DNA from: Laetmonice hystrix
Taxonomy: Eukaryota
DNA: 64,000 nucleotides
Assembly (NCBI GenBank): GCA_965235115.1
Contig: OZ249447.1
Coordinates: 11,966,001-12,030,000, forward strand
Reading direction: 5' to 3'
The number at the start of each line of letters is the position of its first letter. The first letter of the stretch is position 1. Below are positions 1 to 13,810 of the stretch, piece by piece. The position numbers were made by a program, and so were the translations under genes. The notes below the pieces were generated by a model. The model worked only from the letters and a program-made list of their open reading frames with translations, searched no databases and was not told the DNA's origin.

Positions 1-839
1 GAGACGCCGCCGCCAAGCTCCCACCCGTTTGTGATCTGCTCTAAAGAAATGGTCTCGTGGCACTCTTTGCCAGGTTAACCCTGCAGAATGATATTAACTG
101 CTAAATCAAGCTAAACACGGTAATCTCCTTCATAATTACGACTCAGCCATGCCAATTTCACGAGGACGGGGCGATCGAATTGGATAATGACAGGGAATTG
201 CCTGAAAGATGAATGCGCTATCTGATAAACTCTCACAGCAGCGGAGTCAAGCCGAGTCCTTAGGCTTGGTTACATTAGGGGTTGGGGCGCTTGTCCATCA
301 AGCGGTATAATGTACTAGCCACGCAGACAAACTCCATCGGCCAACACATCACTCGTCATCCTGCCTGACTGCCAACTTCTTCAACTGCTCTGACCTCCGC
401 GCGGCACAGAGCTGCCATCACAAATATTAATCATATCCTGCGGACACTTTCTTGAGGAAAGTTCCTCCAACGAATAAATACAACGTCAATTGATGTCTTG
501 TTTGTTCTGCATGGGCATCAGGCCAACCCCGTGACAGTAGTAAATGGATACGAGCGCGGCCAACCCTCGGTGGACGGAGCTGTAGTTCTCTACTGCCGAC
601 TGGTCAGAACGATCTACCCAACCTGGAGGCGGGATGTGATGGACCATCTCCGGTGGAGGGAGACCCGGCCAGTCCCGCCCCGTGCTGCCGACCACGACCG
701 ACCGCCACCTCCTTATCACTGATTACTGGGTTATCTGTGTGTAAGGACGTGAGCGCTACCATCGGCTCCCGCCTGAGCTGGGTGGACAATGAGAGCGGGA
801 CGTTTGGCTGAATACAAACTAAAGTCTGACCGGTCTGCC

Positions 840-1200
840 CAGCTTCCTCCAGGGGTACGGCCTGCTCACCCTCCTCGGCGGGGGGGGGGGGTGGACTGCC
901 CACCCTCAACCTGCCCCAGGGGTAAGGCCTGCTCACTCTCCTCCGGGGGTTGGACTGCCCACCCTCAACCTGCTCCAGGGGTACGGCCTGCTCACCCTCC
1001 TCCGGGGGGTGGGCTGCCCACCATCAAACTGCTCCAGGGGAAAGGCCTGCTCTCTCTCCTCCGGGGGTTGGACTGCCCACCCTCAACCTGCTCCAGGGGT
1101 ACGGCCTGCTCACCCTCCTCCGGGGGGTGGGCTGCCCACCCTCAAACTGCTCCAGGGGAAAGGCCTACCCACCCCATCCTCCTCCGAGGGGTGCCCACCC
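840..1200. repeat. ~60-bp GC-rich minisatellite, ~6 copies
   Basis: Repeated GGACTGCCCACCCTCAACCTGCTCCAGGGGTACGGCCTGCTCACCCTCCTCCGGGGG. Confidence 0.9.
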
Positions 1201-1216
1201 TCATGGGGGGGGGGGC

Positions 1217-1878
1217 AGTTGGCAGAGCTATACCATCTCAGGTCATTGAGACAAGTTGGTAGACCTATACCATCTCAGGTCATTGAGACAAGTTGGTAGA
1301 TCTATACCATCTCAGGTCATTGAGACAAGTTGGTAGACCTATACCATCTGCTTTCACCAGGTCATTGAGACAAGTTGGCAGACCTATACCATCCCAGGTC
1401 ATTGAGACAAGTTGGTAGACCTATACCATCTCAGGTCATTGAGACAAGTTGGTAGACCTATACCATCTCAGGTCATTGAGACAAGTTGGCAGACCTATAC
1501 CATCTCAGGTCATTGAGACAAGTTGGTAGACCTATACCATCTGCTTTCACCAGGTCATTGAGACAAGTTGGCAGACCTATACCATCCCAGGTCATTGAGA
1601 CAAGTTGGTAGACCTATACCATCTCAGGTCATTGAGACAAGTTGGTAGACCTATACCATCTCAGGTCATTGAGACAAGTTGGTAGACATATACCATCTGC
1701 TTTTCCCAGGTCATTGAGACAAGTTGGCAGCCCTATACCATCTGCTTTCCCCAGGTCATTGAGACAAGTTGGCAGACCTATACCATCTGCTTTCCCCAGG
1801 TCATTGAGACAAGTTGACAGACCTTGACCTATACCGTCCGCTTTCGCAAGGTCATTGAGATAAGTTGCGGACCTATGC
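1217..1878. repeat. 37/45-bp minisatellite, ~16 copies
   Basis: CTATACCATCTCAGGTCATTGAGACAAGTTGGTAGAC with a longer variant carrying GCTTTCACC. Confidence 0.95.
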
Positions 1879-2779
1879 CATCTGCCCCCTCACTTGTCTT
1901 CAGACCGCCTCTCTCCAAAAAGTGTCGGACCTTATTCATTTTAACTGTAACCTGAGTGTGCTGATCCATTAAACAGAATCACAAGTTTAATGATGAAGAA
2001 TCTGCCCTGCTTCTTGAGCAGCAGGGTTTTTTACAGGGCCAAGGCGGTGAAGTATCCCGGTGAACACAAGACAATTATAAACAACAGTAGTACTGCTGAA
2101 TCGGATAGCTGCAGTGCAAAGTCAGATCAATGAAAAACCGACTGACATTCAAATGCCAGAACCTTAAATAGTTGATTTCCTCTCATTTGAAATTGATAAT
2201 TCTTCTACTTCAAAGAAAGCGAGTCAGGAAAATGTGTACCTTGTCATGACCTGAACAAAGCATTGGCTGCACATCTGACACTAACGTAAATGGCACTTTT
2301 ATCTGCTTCGTAAAGAAGGGCCATTTGTAACGTTACATGGCACTCCCCCAATTTTATCACTAGGTCTCAAACGTGAGGAAATGGCTCAATGACACTCGTT
2401 TTGTCTGATATTAAATACATAGAGAAAGGTGCCAAACAGAACCAAAGTAAGCTGGCAATTACGCTAAGTGGCTTTCTCAGCAACTCTCTTTAAAACTCAA
2501 AACAAGTGATCGACTTCTGATAGACTTTGAAATCTTGACGGCCATTCCACTCCAGTGAGCGGTCTTCACTAGCTGATGTACACAGGCTCTGTCCTGGATC
2601 ATGGGCACAGGTCAAAGGTCAAGCTGGGATGAGTACTGCTACATCTTCTTGATTGAATCTAAACTCGGCAAGAAGTTGGCATCTCCCAGCAAAGGACGTT
2701 ACACGAGCGTTTTAGAAACATTTTATTTTGTCGTTTTGTGTCTATCGCCTGGACTATCTCTTTCCCGCCCTTCTATAGC

Positions 2780-3270
2780 CTAGACCATCTGGCCACTCTA
2801 CAGTCTGGACCACATATCTCCCCTCTACAGCCGGGACCATCTCACTCTCCTCTACCTCCTGAACCATCTCTCCCCTGCTACAGCGTGGACCATCTCTACA
2901 GCGTGGACCATCTCTTCCCTTCTACATCCTGGATCATCTCTACAGCCTGGACCATCACTCCCCTCTACATCCTGGACCACCTCTACAGCCTGGACCATCA
3001 CTCCCCTCTACACCCTGGACCACCTCTACAGCCTGGACCATCACTCCCCTCTACACCCTGGACCACCTCTACAGCCTGGACCATCACTCCCCTCTACATC
3101 CTGGATCACCTCTACAGCCTGGACCATCACTCCCCTCTACATCCTGGACCACCTCTACAGCCTGGACCATCACTCCCCTCTACATCCTGGACCACTTCTC
3201 CCTCGCTCCAGCCTGGATCATCCCCCTCTACATCCTGAACCACCCCTTCCTTCTACACCCTGGACCATCT
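2780..3270. repeat. 43-bp compound minisatellite (CTGGACCA subunits)
   Basis: CCTGGACCACCTCTACAGCCTGGACCATCACTCCCCTCTACAT, period 43, degenerate at the left edge. Confidence 0.9.
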
Positions 3271-3703
3271 CCCCCCCCCCCCCCCCCTAGAATCTGCCCC
3301 CCCCCCCACCAATCTGGATACCTCCACATCACCGATCCTCCCAATACCAGTCTCTAGTTACTGTCTGTGTATGAAATCAACTGATAACTCCCGATCTGCC
3401 AGCCCCCCGCCCACCCGGCCACCCGCCTCCTCCTCTCAAAGCCAGCCATGCCGCTCTGTTCATGGCTTTCACAGCCCAACCCTGAGTCAATAAATAATTT
3501 TTGTACATGCCCAGAGGGGCTGCTGCCATTTTTATTTCATTGTTCCTCCTCTCTGCGCTCACACTCGTGTGTTGTCCGCTCGTCTCGCAACATTTCCGCG
3601 CCTCGCTCCCCAGCCACGTGACAATCGGGGCGCTCCGATATTCATTTACTAATAATAGAATATTCCAGAGGTGACACACACCGACAGTGGTTGGCAGTGG
3701 GCG

Positions 3704-3910
3704 ACCGGTCGGTCGGTCCTGACCGGTCGGTCCCGGCCAGTCGGTCCCGCCCGTCGGTCAGTCGGTCCCGGCCAGTCGGTCCCGCCCGTCGGTCAGTCGG
3801 TCCCGGCCAGCCGGTCCCACCCGTCGGTCAGTCGGTCCTGGCCAGTCGGTCCCACCCGTCGGTCAGTCGGTCCCGGCCAGCCGGTCCCACCCGTCGGTCC
3901 TGGCCGGTCG
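3704..3910. repeat. 35-bp minisatellite (GTCGGTC subunits), ~6 copies
   Basis: GTCGGTCCCGGCCAGTCGGTCCCGCCCGTCGGTCA. Confidence 0.9.
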
Positions 3911-4884
3911 CTGTAACCTTCCCCCCGGTCGCGTCGGTTGGCCTGGTGGTGTCATGTGTTGGTCGGGTCAGTTCCTGCCCCATGAGGAGACCAAACACTT
4001 GGCGCGCTCCGCTATGCTGCACAAATCTCATCATTGACGGTCACCGTAAATTTCGGCCTATAATGGAGCACTATTTACTGACACATTGTGAGCCGTCAAC
4101 AAAGGCTCGCTGCCGACAGTGTCGGGTCACGATTCGCCCCACCAATCAATACAGCAGGACTATCAGATTTTGTGCCAAGGTTTCAATGTTGGAAAGATTC
4201 TCAGATCATTGTCAAATTATAGGCCTAGAATATCACCACAACCACACCCGTCCACCTGTACTTCGCCACCCGCAGCAATGACAAATTATACTAATTACAT
4301 GACGTGAGGCCAAGTGGTGAGGCCTGCTGCTTATACAATCTTAGAATTATTCAATTATAACTCACTGCCACAGGCTCAATGCCACGTTATAGCACGGTAC
4401 CGTGATTACATATCAGAAACACGAAAACCTCTCGGTCAGTCAGCATGGAAATTAGTGCCAGGGTCAGCCACTGGGGGCGCTACCACCCCTGATCCGGCTG
4501 TGTCCACTGATACCGAGCGTTCTCCACGAATTATGAAATATTGATACGCTGAGAGAGCGGTGTTTGTGAGGCTTACTGAACTGTCACGGCCGAGGCAGAC
4601 CACCCCCGGCCGGCTGACACCGCTGGACTGCATGCCCCGCCCCCGGCCTTGTGGTCACACCGCTTTCGGTCACAACATCTGTGGTCACAGTCTGTGGTCA
4701 CGCTGGTAGCATGTTCAGTCCGAGCGGGGGTGTCTATTATGACACTGTCCCATCAGTTTCACTCCATTCTTTCCCTCCCATCTTACCCTTCGACTCACTC
4801 AACTGTGCCACTGCCAACTACCAACTCCACATGAACCACGCACGGCATGGGGGGGGGGAGAGTTCTGAAGAGCTCCTGACACAA

Positions 4885-5123
4885 NNNNNNNNNNNNNNNN
4901 NNNNNNNNNNNNNNNNNNNNNNNNNNNNNNNNNNNNNNNNNNNNNNNNNNNNNNNNNNNNNNNNNNNNNNNNNNNNNNNNNNNNNNNNNNNNNNNNNNNN
5001 NNNNNNNNNNNNNNNNNNNNNNNNNNNNNNNNNNNNNNNNNNNNNNNNNNNNNNNNNNNNNNNNNNNNNNNNNNNNNNNNNNNNNNNNNNNNNNNNNNNN
5101 NNNNNNNNNNNNNNNNNNNNNNN
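4885..5123. other. Assembly gap (239 N)
   Basis: Run of N. Confidence 1.
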
Positions 5124-5982
5124 CACTGATATTTACATGACGCTTCCCCCACCCTTACCCAAACTCTACCTCCCCCCCCCCCCCACCACACACGAAGTTC
5201 CACCTGGAGAATTGCTTGCTTGTTTTTTTTTATTTGGGGTCGATCCAAACATAGCACAATCGCAGCGAGATCCCTAACAGAGAGTTGCCAGTATAAGAGT
5301 TGTATGCTGGTAAGGATGCCGCTGATGGTTGTTATGGGTCGTAGTTGTCGGCAGCCGCTCAGCTTGATGGATCCGACGATCAACTCACCCCATTATCAAC
5401 CACAGATCTCTATTACCCAGCCACATTATCCAATTTCTCTAATATTCCTCTTTGCCCCCTAGCTAATGGCCATTATTGACTTTTTAATTCAAATTCACAG
5501 ATCCCTCTCTGGCCTGTCAGTGGGAGAAACATTCCGGTAGACGGCTGGATTTATCGGTCGATCAGAGTGGTGGAGGTTTCACCCACACCGTCCAGCAGGC
5601 CTCCGCCCGCCCTGACTTATGATAGCTACAGTTTGACCGGTGCTGGCAGAAACTACCCAAGATCGGGTAATGTTGGAGCGGTGGTGTGATGACACAATGA
5701 TGGTATAATCATAGGAAATGGGGTAAATTGGGCTCGAGCGGTCGGTCGGTACTGGGGACGGTACAGGGGGTATTGACAAATAGGGTTGACTGGTCCACAA
5801 GCTGAGTGTTACAGGTCGACAGGTCGACTGGTTGACATCGACGGGTCGCAAAATCTGAGCAGGAGGTCATGTAGGCATCACAGCTATACATCCGTTCACT
5901 CGCCACAACCTATTTTAAGTGTCAGTGGTATTTTTCCGAATTCCTTGGAATGATGTTGGAAACTAATGTATATTAATGAGGG

Positions 5983-6125
5983 GTATTTCTGTGTGAACTC
6001 CTTAGAATGGGGATGGTACCTTGTGTGTATCACCGAGTCGTATTTCTGTGTGAACTCCTTAGAATGGGGATGGTACCTTATGTGTATCACCGAGTCGTAT
6101 TTCTATCTGAACTCCTTAGAAAGGG
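5983..6125. repeat. 57-bp tandem duplication, 2.5 copies
   Basis: GTATTTCT starts at 5983, 6040 and 6097. Confidence 0.9.
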
Positions 6126-7954
6126 TTCGTATCTTATGTATGTCAATGATGTCATTCCAGAACTAGACGTTCTGAAATGACATCGATTTTAAAGACATTT
6201 AAAATGTTATCATTGTCTTGGAAGTCACGGGTTGTCCTCATGTCCCGTACATTTCAAGAAAACGCCATCCCTCTCCTCGTACAATGTCTGTCTCTGGACG
6301 GGTAACGGCTCTGGCTGATGGTCCAGTGTCATTGCGTTAGAACTAACCGAAACTAAGCCACAAGTATCGGCTTGAAGAACCTGGCCCGCCTATCGTGTGA
6401 CATCAGAGATGAGGACAGAGACTTTGTCAGCGACTTGATGGTACACGTTGCCGGGAGACAGTGGCAGGTCGCAGAGCGGTAGTCCTCCCCCCTTACCGGA
6501 AGACAGTGGCAGGTCGCAGAGCGGTAGTCCTCCCCCTCCCACACTCCCACCACACACCCCTCCTTGTCACAATCAATTCCTATTTAACACTTGAACGGGT
6601 TCTGTTTAATTGCTGTAATCTAGTAGAGCCAGAAGACGGACAAGGTGCTGAGATCTGATCCGACTCCTCCTTGGACGACGTATCATCCTTCAGTCAGACC
6701 ACGCCGCTAAAAACGACCTTGTGGCGACCCAACACTGCCTCGCGCAGCCCCTTAGAACAATACCTCCAACCCTTCTGGTCTACAACTGATTATAAAACAT
6801 ACATTTCCCATTTAATAAACAAAGGAAATATGAGTCAACTTCAAGGTAGGCAGGTTTGGGGGCCGGCCACATCTTTAGTGCACCTCCCTCCTACTGCAGA
6901 AAGAACTTAATTGCCATCGGTCTGGCGCAAGACAACTTCAAATGGAGCGAAGTTAACGGGTGATCGGCCTGGGTATCTCCACCGCCTCACCTTACACTTC
7001 AGCCCCCCCTACTCCATACTGGAGGCAACCGTTCCAAGCGAGCTTTTTTCTACAAAAACTAAGAAAGATTCAATTTGCTCACGCAGCGCTGAAAGGAACA
7101 CCTTCCCAACAAAGCTTTTCTCAAATTGCTTTTCAGACAAACTTATCTGACATTCAAACGCAATGAAAACAATGGTAAAGTTGAAAGTCAGGAAGACATC
7201 ATCGGCAGGTTTACGGGGTGTGCATTGTCGCATATTATTGCCTCTACTTCACGTGAGCATTTTTAAATAGACACAACTGAAACAATACAATATCCTGGGG
7301 AATTCCTTTAGCACTGAAGACGACACCAACTGCCGGGGCACGAAAAAGTCAATAGTAGTCACAATGGCGTATGAACGGGGAGCGCTGGTTTAGTGATCGC
7401 ACATAGAATATAAAATTAACACGATATTATTTACCAATGTCTTCCGTTCTTCTTAGAACAATGTCTTCTACAATTCTCGCTGAACAGCAACATTTTTCTG
7501 GCACAGCATCGTATTTTTACCGACAATGGTGTTAAGACGAATCAATTCGCTTAACCGACCGAGTATAAAGGGATGAAAATCTTAGCAAAGGGCACTTTTG
7601 TTGACATTTCACTAAAGTTAACTTGTTAAAGATGAAACTTCCTAAAGCAATTCATGTTCACTGATACTGATAGGGTATCAATGAGTTTTTGTACCAGTAC
7701 CTGGTGCCCACACCTAGATGATAGTGTATATATGGCCCTTAACTGGTGTCAACCTCATAACTATCGGGTGTCAACATATCATAACTACCCGGTGTCCGTT
7801 ATTTGTGGTTTTACGCTGTGTTGATCAATCTTAGGTCATTTTCACGGTAAACACAGGGTTAGAAGCAGGGTTAGAGATTTTCAAGATCAAGATATAAGTG
7901 TCCCATATGTGTTGTAGGTGTCAGACATAGGAAATGGCTCACAACGCCAAATGA

Positions 7955-9500
7955 CTGCCAACGTCCTGCCGGTCAGTACAACCACACCCACTCCCTGCCA
8001 ACGTCCTGCCTGTCAGTACAACCACACCCACTCCCTGCCAACGTCCTGCCTGTCAGTACAACCACCCCCACTCCCTGCCAACGTCTTGCCTGTCAGTACA
8101 ACCACCCCCACTCCCTGCCAACGTCCTGCCTGTCAGTACAACCACCCCCACTCCCTGCCAACGTCCTGCCGGTCAGTACAACCACACCCTCCCCCAGCCA
8201 ACGTCCTGCCTGTCAGTACAACCACACCCACTCCCTGCCAACGTCCTGCCGGTCAGTACAACCACCCCCACTCACTGCCAACGTCCTGCCGGTCAGTACA
8301 ACCACACCCTCCCCCAGCCAACGTCCTGCCTGTCAGTACAACCACACCCACTCCCTGCCAACGTCCTGCCGGTCAGTACAACCACCCCCACTCACTGCCA
8401 ACGTCCTGCCGGTCAGTACAACCACACCCACACACTGCCAACGTCCTGCCTGTCAGTACAACCACACCCACTCCCTGCCAACGTCCTGCCGGTCAGTACA
8501 ACCACCCCCACTCACTGCCAACGTCCTGCCGGTCAGTACAACCACACCCACACACTGCCAACGTCCTGCCTGTCAGTACAACCACACCCACTCCCTGCCA
8601 ACGTCCTGCCGGTCAGTACAACCACACCCACTCCCTGCCAACGTCCTGCCTGTCAGTACAACCACACCCTCCCCCAGCCAACGTCCTGCCGGTCAGTACA
8701 ACCACACCCTCCCCCAGCCAACGTCCTGCCTGTCAGTACAACCACCCCCACTCCCTGCCAACGTCCTGCCGGTCAGTACAACCACACCCACTCACTGCCA
8801 ACGTCCTGCCGGTCAGTACAACCACACCCACTCCCTGCCAACGTCCTGCATGTTAGTACAACCTCACCCTCCCTACCAACGTCCTGCCTGTCAGTACAAC
8901 CACACCCACTCCCTGCCAACGTCTTGCCGGTCAGTACAACCACACCCACTCCCTGCCAACGTCCTGCCGGTCAGTACAACCACACCCTCCCCCAGCCAAC
9001 GTCCTGCCTGTCAGTACAACCACACCCACTCCCTGCCAACGTCCTGCCGGTCAGTACAACCACACCCACTCCCTGTCAACGTCTTGCCTGTCAGTACAAC
9101 CACACCCACCCCCTGCCAACGTCCTGCCTGTCAGTACAACCACACCCACTCACTGCCAACGTCCTGCCGGTCAGTACAACCACACCCACTCCCTGCCAAC
9201 GTCCTGCCTGTCAGTCCAACCACACCTTCCCCCTGCCAACGTCCTGCCGGTCAGGACAACCACACCCACTCACTGCCAACGTCCTGTCTGTCAGTACAAC
9301 CACACCCACTCCCTGCCAACGTCCTGTCTGTCAGTCCAACCACACCTTCCCCCTGCCAACGTCCTGCCGGTCAGTACAACCACACCCTCTCCCAGCCAAC
9401 GTCCTGGGGTCAGTACAACCACACCCACTCCCTGCCAACGTCCTGCCTGTCAGTACAACCACACCCTCCCCCAGGCAACGTCCTGCCTGTCAGTGTCACG
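7955..9500. repeat. 40-bp minisatellite, ~38 copies
   Basis: AACGTCCTGCCTGTCAGTACAACCACACCCACTCCCTGCC, decaying into related unique sequence at ~9500-9545. Confidence 0.97.
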
Positions 9501-10474
9501 GCACCCATTCCCGCAAACATCTTACCTGTCAGTACAACTAAAACCCCCTGTCTGTCCACGTCTTGCGTGCCTGCCAGTAAAGTGTGGTCGTATGTACTGT
9601 CTGTGGCACCTTCCAGCATGTCAGTTTTTCAAGGCCTTTTATCCTCACGTATACAGAGCACACAAACAAGAAGAAAGCAGACAACAACAGGCAAGATTCA
9701 ACAATGAAAACTCTTTCTAACTACGCCTTTCAGTATTTCAAAAAGATGGAGAGTACATGCAATCCTTCGCGTTATGAGACATACGATACAAAACCATCCA
9801 GAAAAATTCCATTTATAATAAACTAAGTTTTTAGTCTCCCCATACATGTGGTTAACAAACACCCTAACCACATCCATGGACACCTCAAACAACCGAGGTA
9901 CCTACGTCACAGACAAACTATGAGCCCCTCATCCCTACCGCAACTCCTTATCTGAACACCAACTCCTTGTCCTTCCTGGCATCCCCAACTCCTCATCCCT
10001 CCTATCATTAACTCCTCATCCCTCCTATCATTAACTCCTCATCCCTCCTGGTATTCCCAATCATTAACTCCTCATCCCCCCTGGTATCCCCATCTCAATA
10101 CCCACTGCTCCTCCTGGCATCCTTATCCTAACTTTCTATACATTCGCCTATCCTCTCCAAATTGGCGAGTTTTCTTCTGTGTCTTCACTCTTTCTGTGTT
10201 TTCAAACTAAAGATATATAAATATCGGCTCATTTCAACATCATTACTTCCAGTTCCCCCTTATGAATAATGTCCTATTTTTTTGCATTTGTTTTGTTAAA
10301 TATTACTGCATCCCTTTTCCTAATTCCAAATTAACGAGTTCCACGGTACTGTTAGTTCGAAGAACCAGTGTCCAGAGTTTGCCGCTAGGCAGACTCTGTC
10401 CTCACAACTAACCTCATCATTATAGGTGACAACTGCGAAAACAGTCTCGGCGTACAGGCCGCAGGAGGCATACC

Positions 10475-10630
10475 GGCCTTGGGCTGCAGGAGGCATATCC
10501 ACCCTAGACAGTGGAAGGTACTTCAGGAGGCATACCATCCCTGGCTATAGGAGGCATACCCACCCTGGGCTGCAGGAGGCATTCCCACCCGGGGCTACAG
10601 GAGGCATTTCCACCCGGGGCCGCAGGGGGC
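10475..10630. repeat. Degenerate ~27-bp repeat, ~6 copies
   Basis: GGCT(G/A)CAGGAGGCAT(A/T)CC...CC units. Confidence 0.75.
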
Positions 10631-11496
10631 ATTCGCCTCAGTTTAAGAAGTGCACAGGTGACATACCTGGGTGAATATCAGACTCCCGAATTATGCTCCT
10701 GCACCCCCCTCCCCCTCCCCCTCCCCCTCCCCCTCCCCCCCCCCCCGCCCCCCGCACCCGGCTGGTCTCGACAACACACATCGTGACATATCACCCATGG
10801 TCTACAGACCTGAGGTATATAAAGTACATACATAATGACATCTCACTTTACGCTGCCAGTTTATTACTCTTCTTTACAGACTCCCATGTTGTGAACTGAG
10901 CAACATTCACCTTTTGATTGATAGTGCCATGATGTCCATACAAAACACACTCATTTTGAATCAAGCTAATGACCAAGTCAATAATGTCTTCAACTGGGAG
11001 CACTCCTCTGTGGTGCTGCATGACATGCGTTGATGATTATATTCCAATGTCTGACGGCCATAAACTGGACGCATTGCTCAACAAGGTCGCATTTAGCTTC
11101 AAGCTAAAAAAACATAATGTTTGGGGCCAGAGGCCTGCCGTGGAATAAAAACTCCACCGGCCCGCCATGTACATTAAGATTCCATGTATACATACAGGAA
11201 TAGATTTGAAGCAATAAAATTAAAACATTACTGCCTTATACATTGAATTTCATGCTTTTGACGTAATGACCTTTCAAGAATAAACGAATCTAATGGCCAC
11301 AATGATGTGGTTCTCCGGCTCAATTGTCTCTTATGAACTCCAAGCCCATTACTTCAAAAAGTGATTGTAAAGAAAGTACTTCAACACCTTTAGTTACCTT
11401 TATAGCCTTTGTCTCAATCATGGCCCAAACTCCTGGTTATAACATCTCCTTCTGAGCACATGCTGACGGTTACATCAGATTATCTGTGATCACATT

Positions 11497-12990
11497 TTGT
11501 TTACCTGTGGTAGGTGGGGAGGTTACCTGTGATCACTGACTACTGTTTGCCTGTGGTAGGTGGGGAGTTTACCTGTGATTACTAACTGACTACTGTTTAC
11601 CTGTGGTAGGTGGGGAGGTTACCTGTGATCACTGACTACTGTTTACCTGTGGTACGAGGGGAGGTTACCTGTGATCACTGACTGACTACTGTTTACCTGT
11701 GGTAGGTGGGGAGGTTACCTGTGATCACTGACTACTGTTTACCTGTGGTAGGTGGGGAGGTTACCTGTGATCACTGACTACTGTTTACCTGTGGTAGGTG
11801 GGGAGGTTACCTGTGATCACTGACTACTGTTTACCTGTGGTAGGTGGGGAGGTTACCTGTGATCACTGACTACTGTTTACCTGTGGTAGGTGGGGAGGTT
11901 ACCCGTGATCACTGATTGACTACTGTTTACCTGTGGTAGGTGGGGAGGTTACCTGTGATCACTAACTGACTACTGTTTACCTGTGGTAGGTGGAGAGGTT
12001 ACCTGTGATCACTGACTACTGTTTACCTGTGGTAGGTGGGGAGTTTACCTGTGATTACTAACTGACTACTGCTTACCTGTGGTAGGTGGGGAGGTTACCT
12101 GTGATCACTAACTGACTACTGTTTACCTGTGGTAGGTGGGGAGGTTACCTGTGATCACTGACTACTGTTTACCTGTGGTAGGTGGGGAGGTTACCTGTGA
12201 TCACTAACTACTGTTTACCTGTGGTAGGTGGGGAGGCTACCTGTGATCACTGACTACTGTTTACCTGTGGTAGGTGGGGAGGTTACCTGTGATCACTAAC
12301 TGACTACTGCTTACCTGTGGTAGATGGGGAGGTTACCTGTGATCACTGACTACTGTTTACCTGTGGTAGGTGGGGAGGTTACCTGTGATCACTGACTGAC
12401 TACTGTTTACCTGTGGTAGGTGGGGAGGTTACCTGTGATCACTGACTGACTACTGTTTACCTGTGGTACGTGGGGAGGTTACCCGTGATCACTGATTGAC
12501 TACTGTTTACCCGTGGTAGGTGGAGAGGTTACCTGTAATCAATGACTACTGTTTACCTGTGGTAGGTGGGGAGGTTACCTGTGATCACTGACTGACTACT
12601 GTTTACCTGTGGTAGGTGGGGAGGTTACCTGTGATCACTGACTGACTACTGCTTACCTGTGGTACGTGGGGAGGTTACCTGTGATCACTAACTACTGTTT
12701 ACCTGTGGTAGGTGGGGAGGTTACCTGTGATCACTAACTGACTACTGTTTACCTGTGGTAGGTGGGGAGGTTACCCGTGATCACTGACTACTGTTTACCT
12801 GTGGTAGGTGGGGAGGTTACCCGTGATCACTAACTGACTACTGTTTACCTGTGGTAGGTGGGGAGGTTACCTGTGATCACTGACTACTGTTTACCTGTGG
12901 TACGTGGGGAGGTTACCTGTGATCACTGACTACTTTGTTTACCTGCGGTAGGTGGGGATGTTACCTGTGACCACTAACTACTTTTTACCT
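11497..12990. repeat. 46/50-bp minisatellite, ~31 copies
   Basis: TTACCTGTGATCACTGACTACTGTTTACCTGTGGTAGGTGGGGAGG with or without a 4-bp ACTG/ACTA insertion. Confidence 0.97.
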
Positions 12991-13044
12991 GACTAAAGAT
13001 CATTACCCGAAATCGACAGAGCCTGTGACTGGGAGGCTTCTATG

Positions 13045-13790
13045 CGACAGAGAGCCCACCTGTCCATGACAGAGGGTCACAGAGAGCCCACCTGTCCATG
13101 ACTGAGGGTCACAGAGAGCCCACCTGTCCATGACTGAAGGTCACAGAGAGCCCACCTGTTCATGACTGAAGGTCACAGAGAGACCACCTGTCCATGACAG
13201 AGGGTCACAGAGAGCCCACCTGTCCATGACTGACGGTCACAGAGAGTCCACCTGTTCATGACTGAAGGTCACAGAGAGCCCACCTGTCCATGACAGAGGG
13301 TCACAGAGAGCCCACCTGTCCATGACTGAAGGTCACAGAGAGTCCACCTGTCCATGACTGAAGGTCACAGAGAGCCCACCTGTCCATGACAGAGGGTCAC
13401 AGAGAGCCCACCTGTCCATGACAGAGGGTCACAGAGAGCCCACCTGCCCATGACAGAGGGTCACAGAGAGCCCACCTGTCCATGACAGAGGGGCACAGAG
13501 AGCCCACCTGTCCATAACTGAAGGTCACAGAGAGCCCACCTGTCCATAACTGAAGGCCACAGAGAGCCCTCCTGTCCATGACTGAAGGTCACAGAGAGCC
13601 CACCTGTCCATGACTGAGGGTCACAGAGAGCTCACCTGTCCATGACAGAGGGTCACATAGAGCCCACCTGTCCATGACGGAGGGTCACAAAGTGTCCACC
13701 TATCCGTGACAGAGAGCCCACCTGTCCGTGACGGAGGGTCACAAAGTGCCCACCTATCCGTGACCGGGAGCCCACCTGTCCGTGACGGGA
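13045..13790. repeat. 32-bp minisatellite, ~23 copies
   Basis: ACAGAGAGCCCACCTGTCCATGACTGAAGGTC. Confidence 0.95.
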
Positions 13791-13810
13791 GAGTTACAAG
13801 GTAACCTTAC

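Noticed and set aside
2625-2700. Minus-strand LAEFRFNQEDVAVL resembling a Harbinger transposase N-terminus
   Set aside because: Stop follows immediately and no further transposase motifs are found. Too short to support.
4651-5383. ORFs of 100-208 aa
   Set aside because: Artefacts of translating through the N gap.
9550-9625. CPRLACLPVKCGRMYCLWH resembling an AN1 zinc finger
   Set aside because: Ligand spacing is incomplete, there is no splice context, and it lies in the decay zone of a minisatellite.
7918-9707. Long ORFs (312, 285, 205 aa) that look mucin-like
   Set aside because: They are translations of a 40-bp repeat. The unit is not a multiple of 3, so the peptide cycles through all frames, showing no coding constraint.
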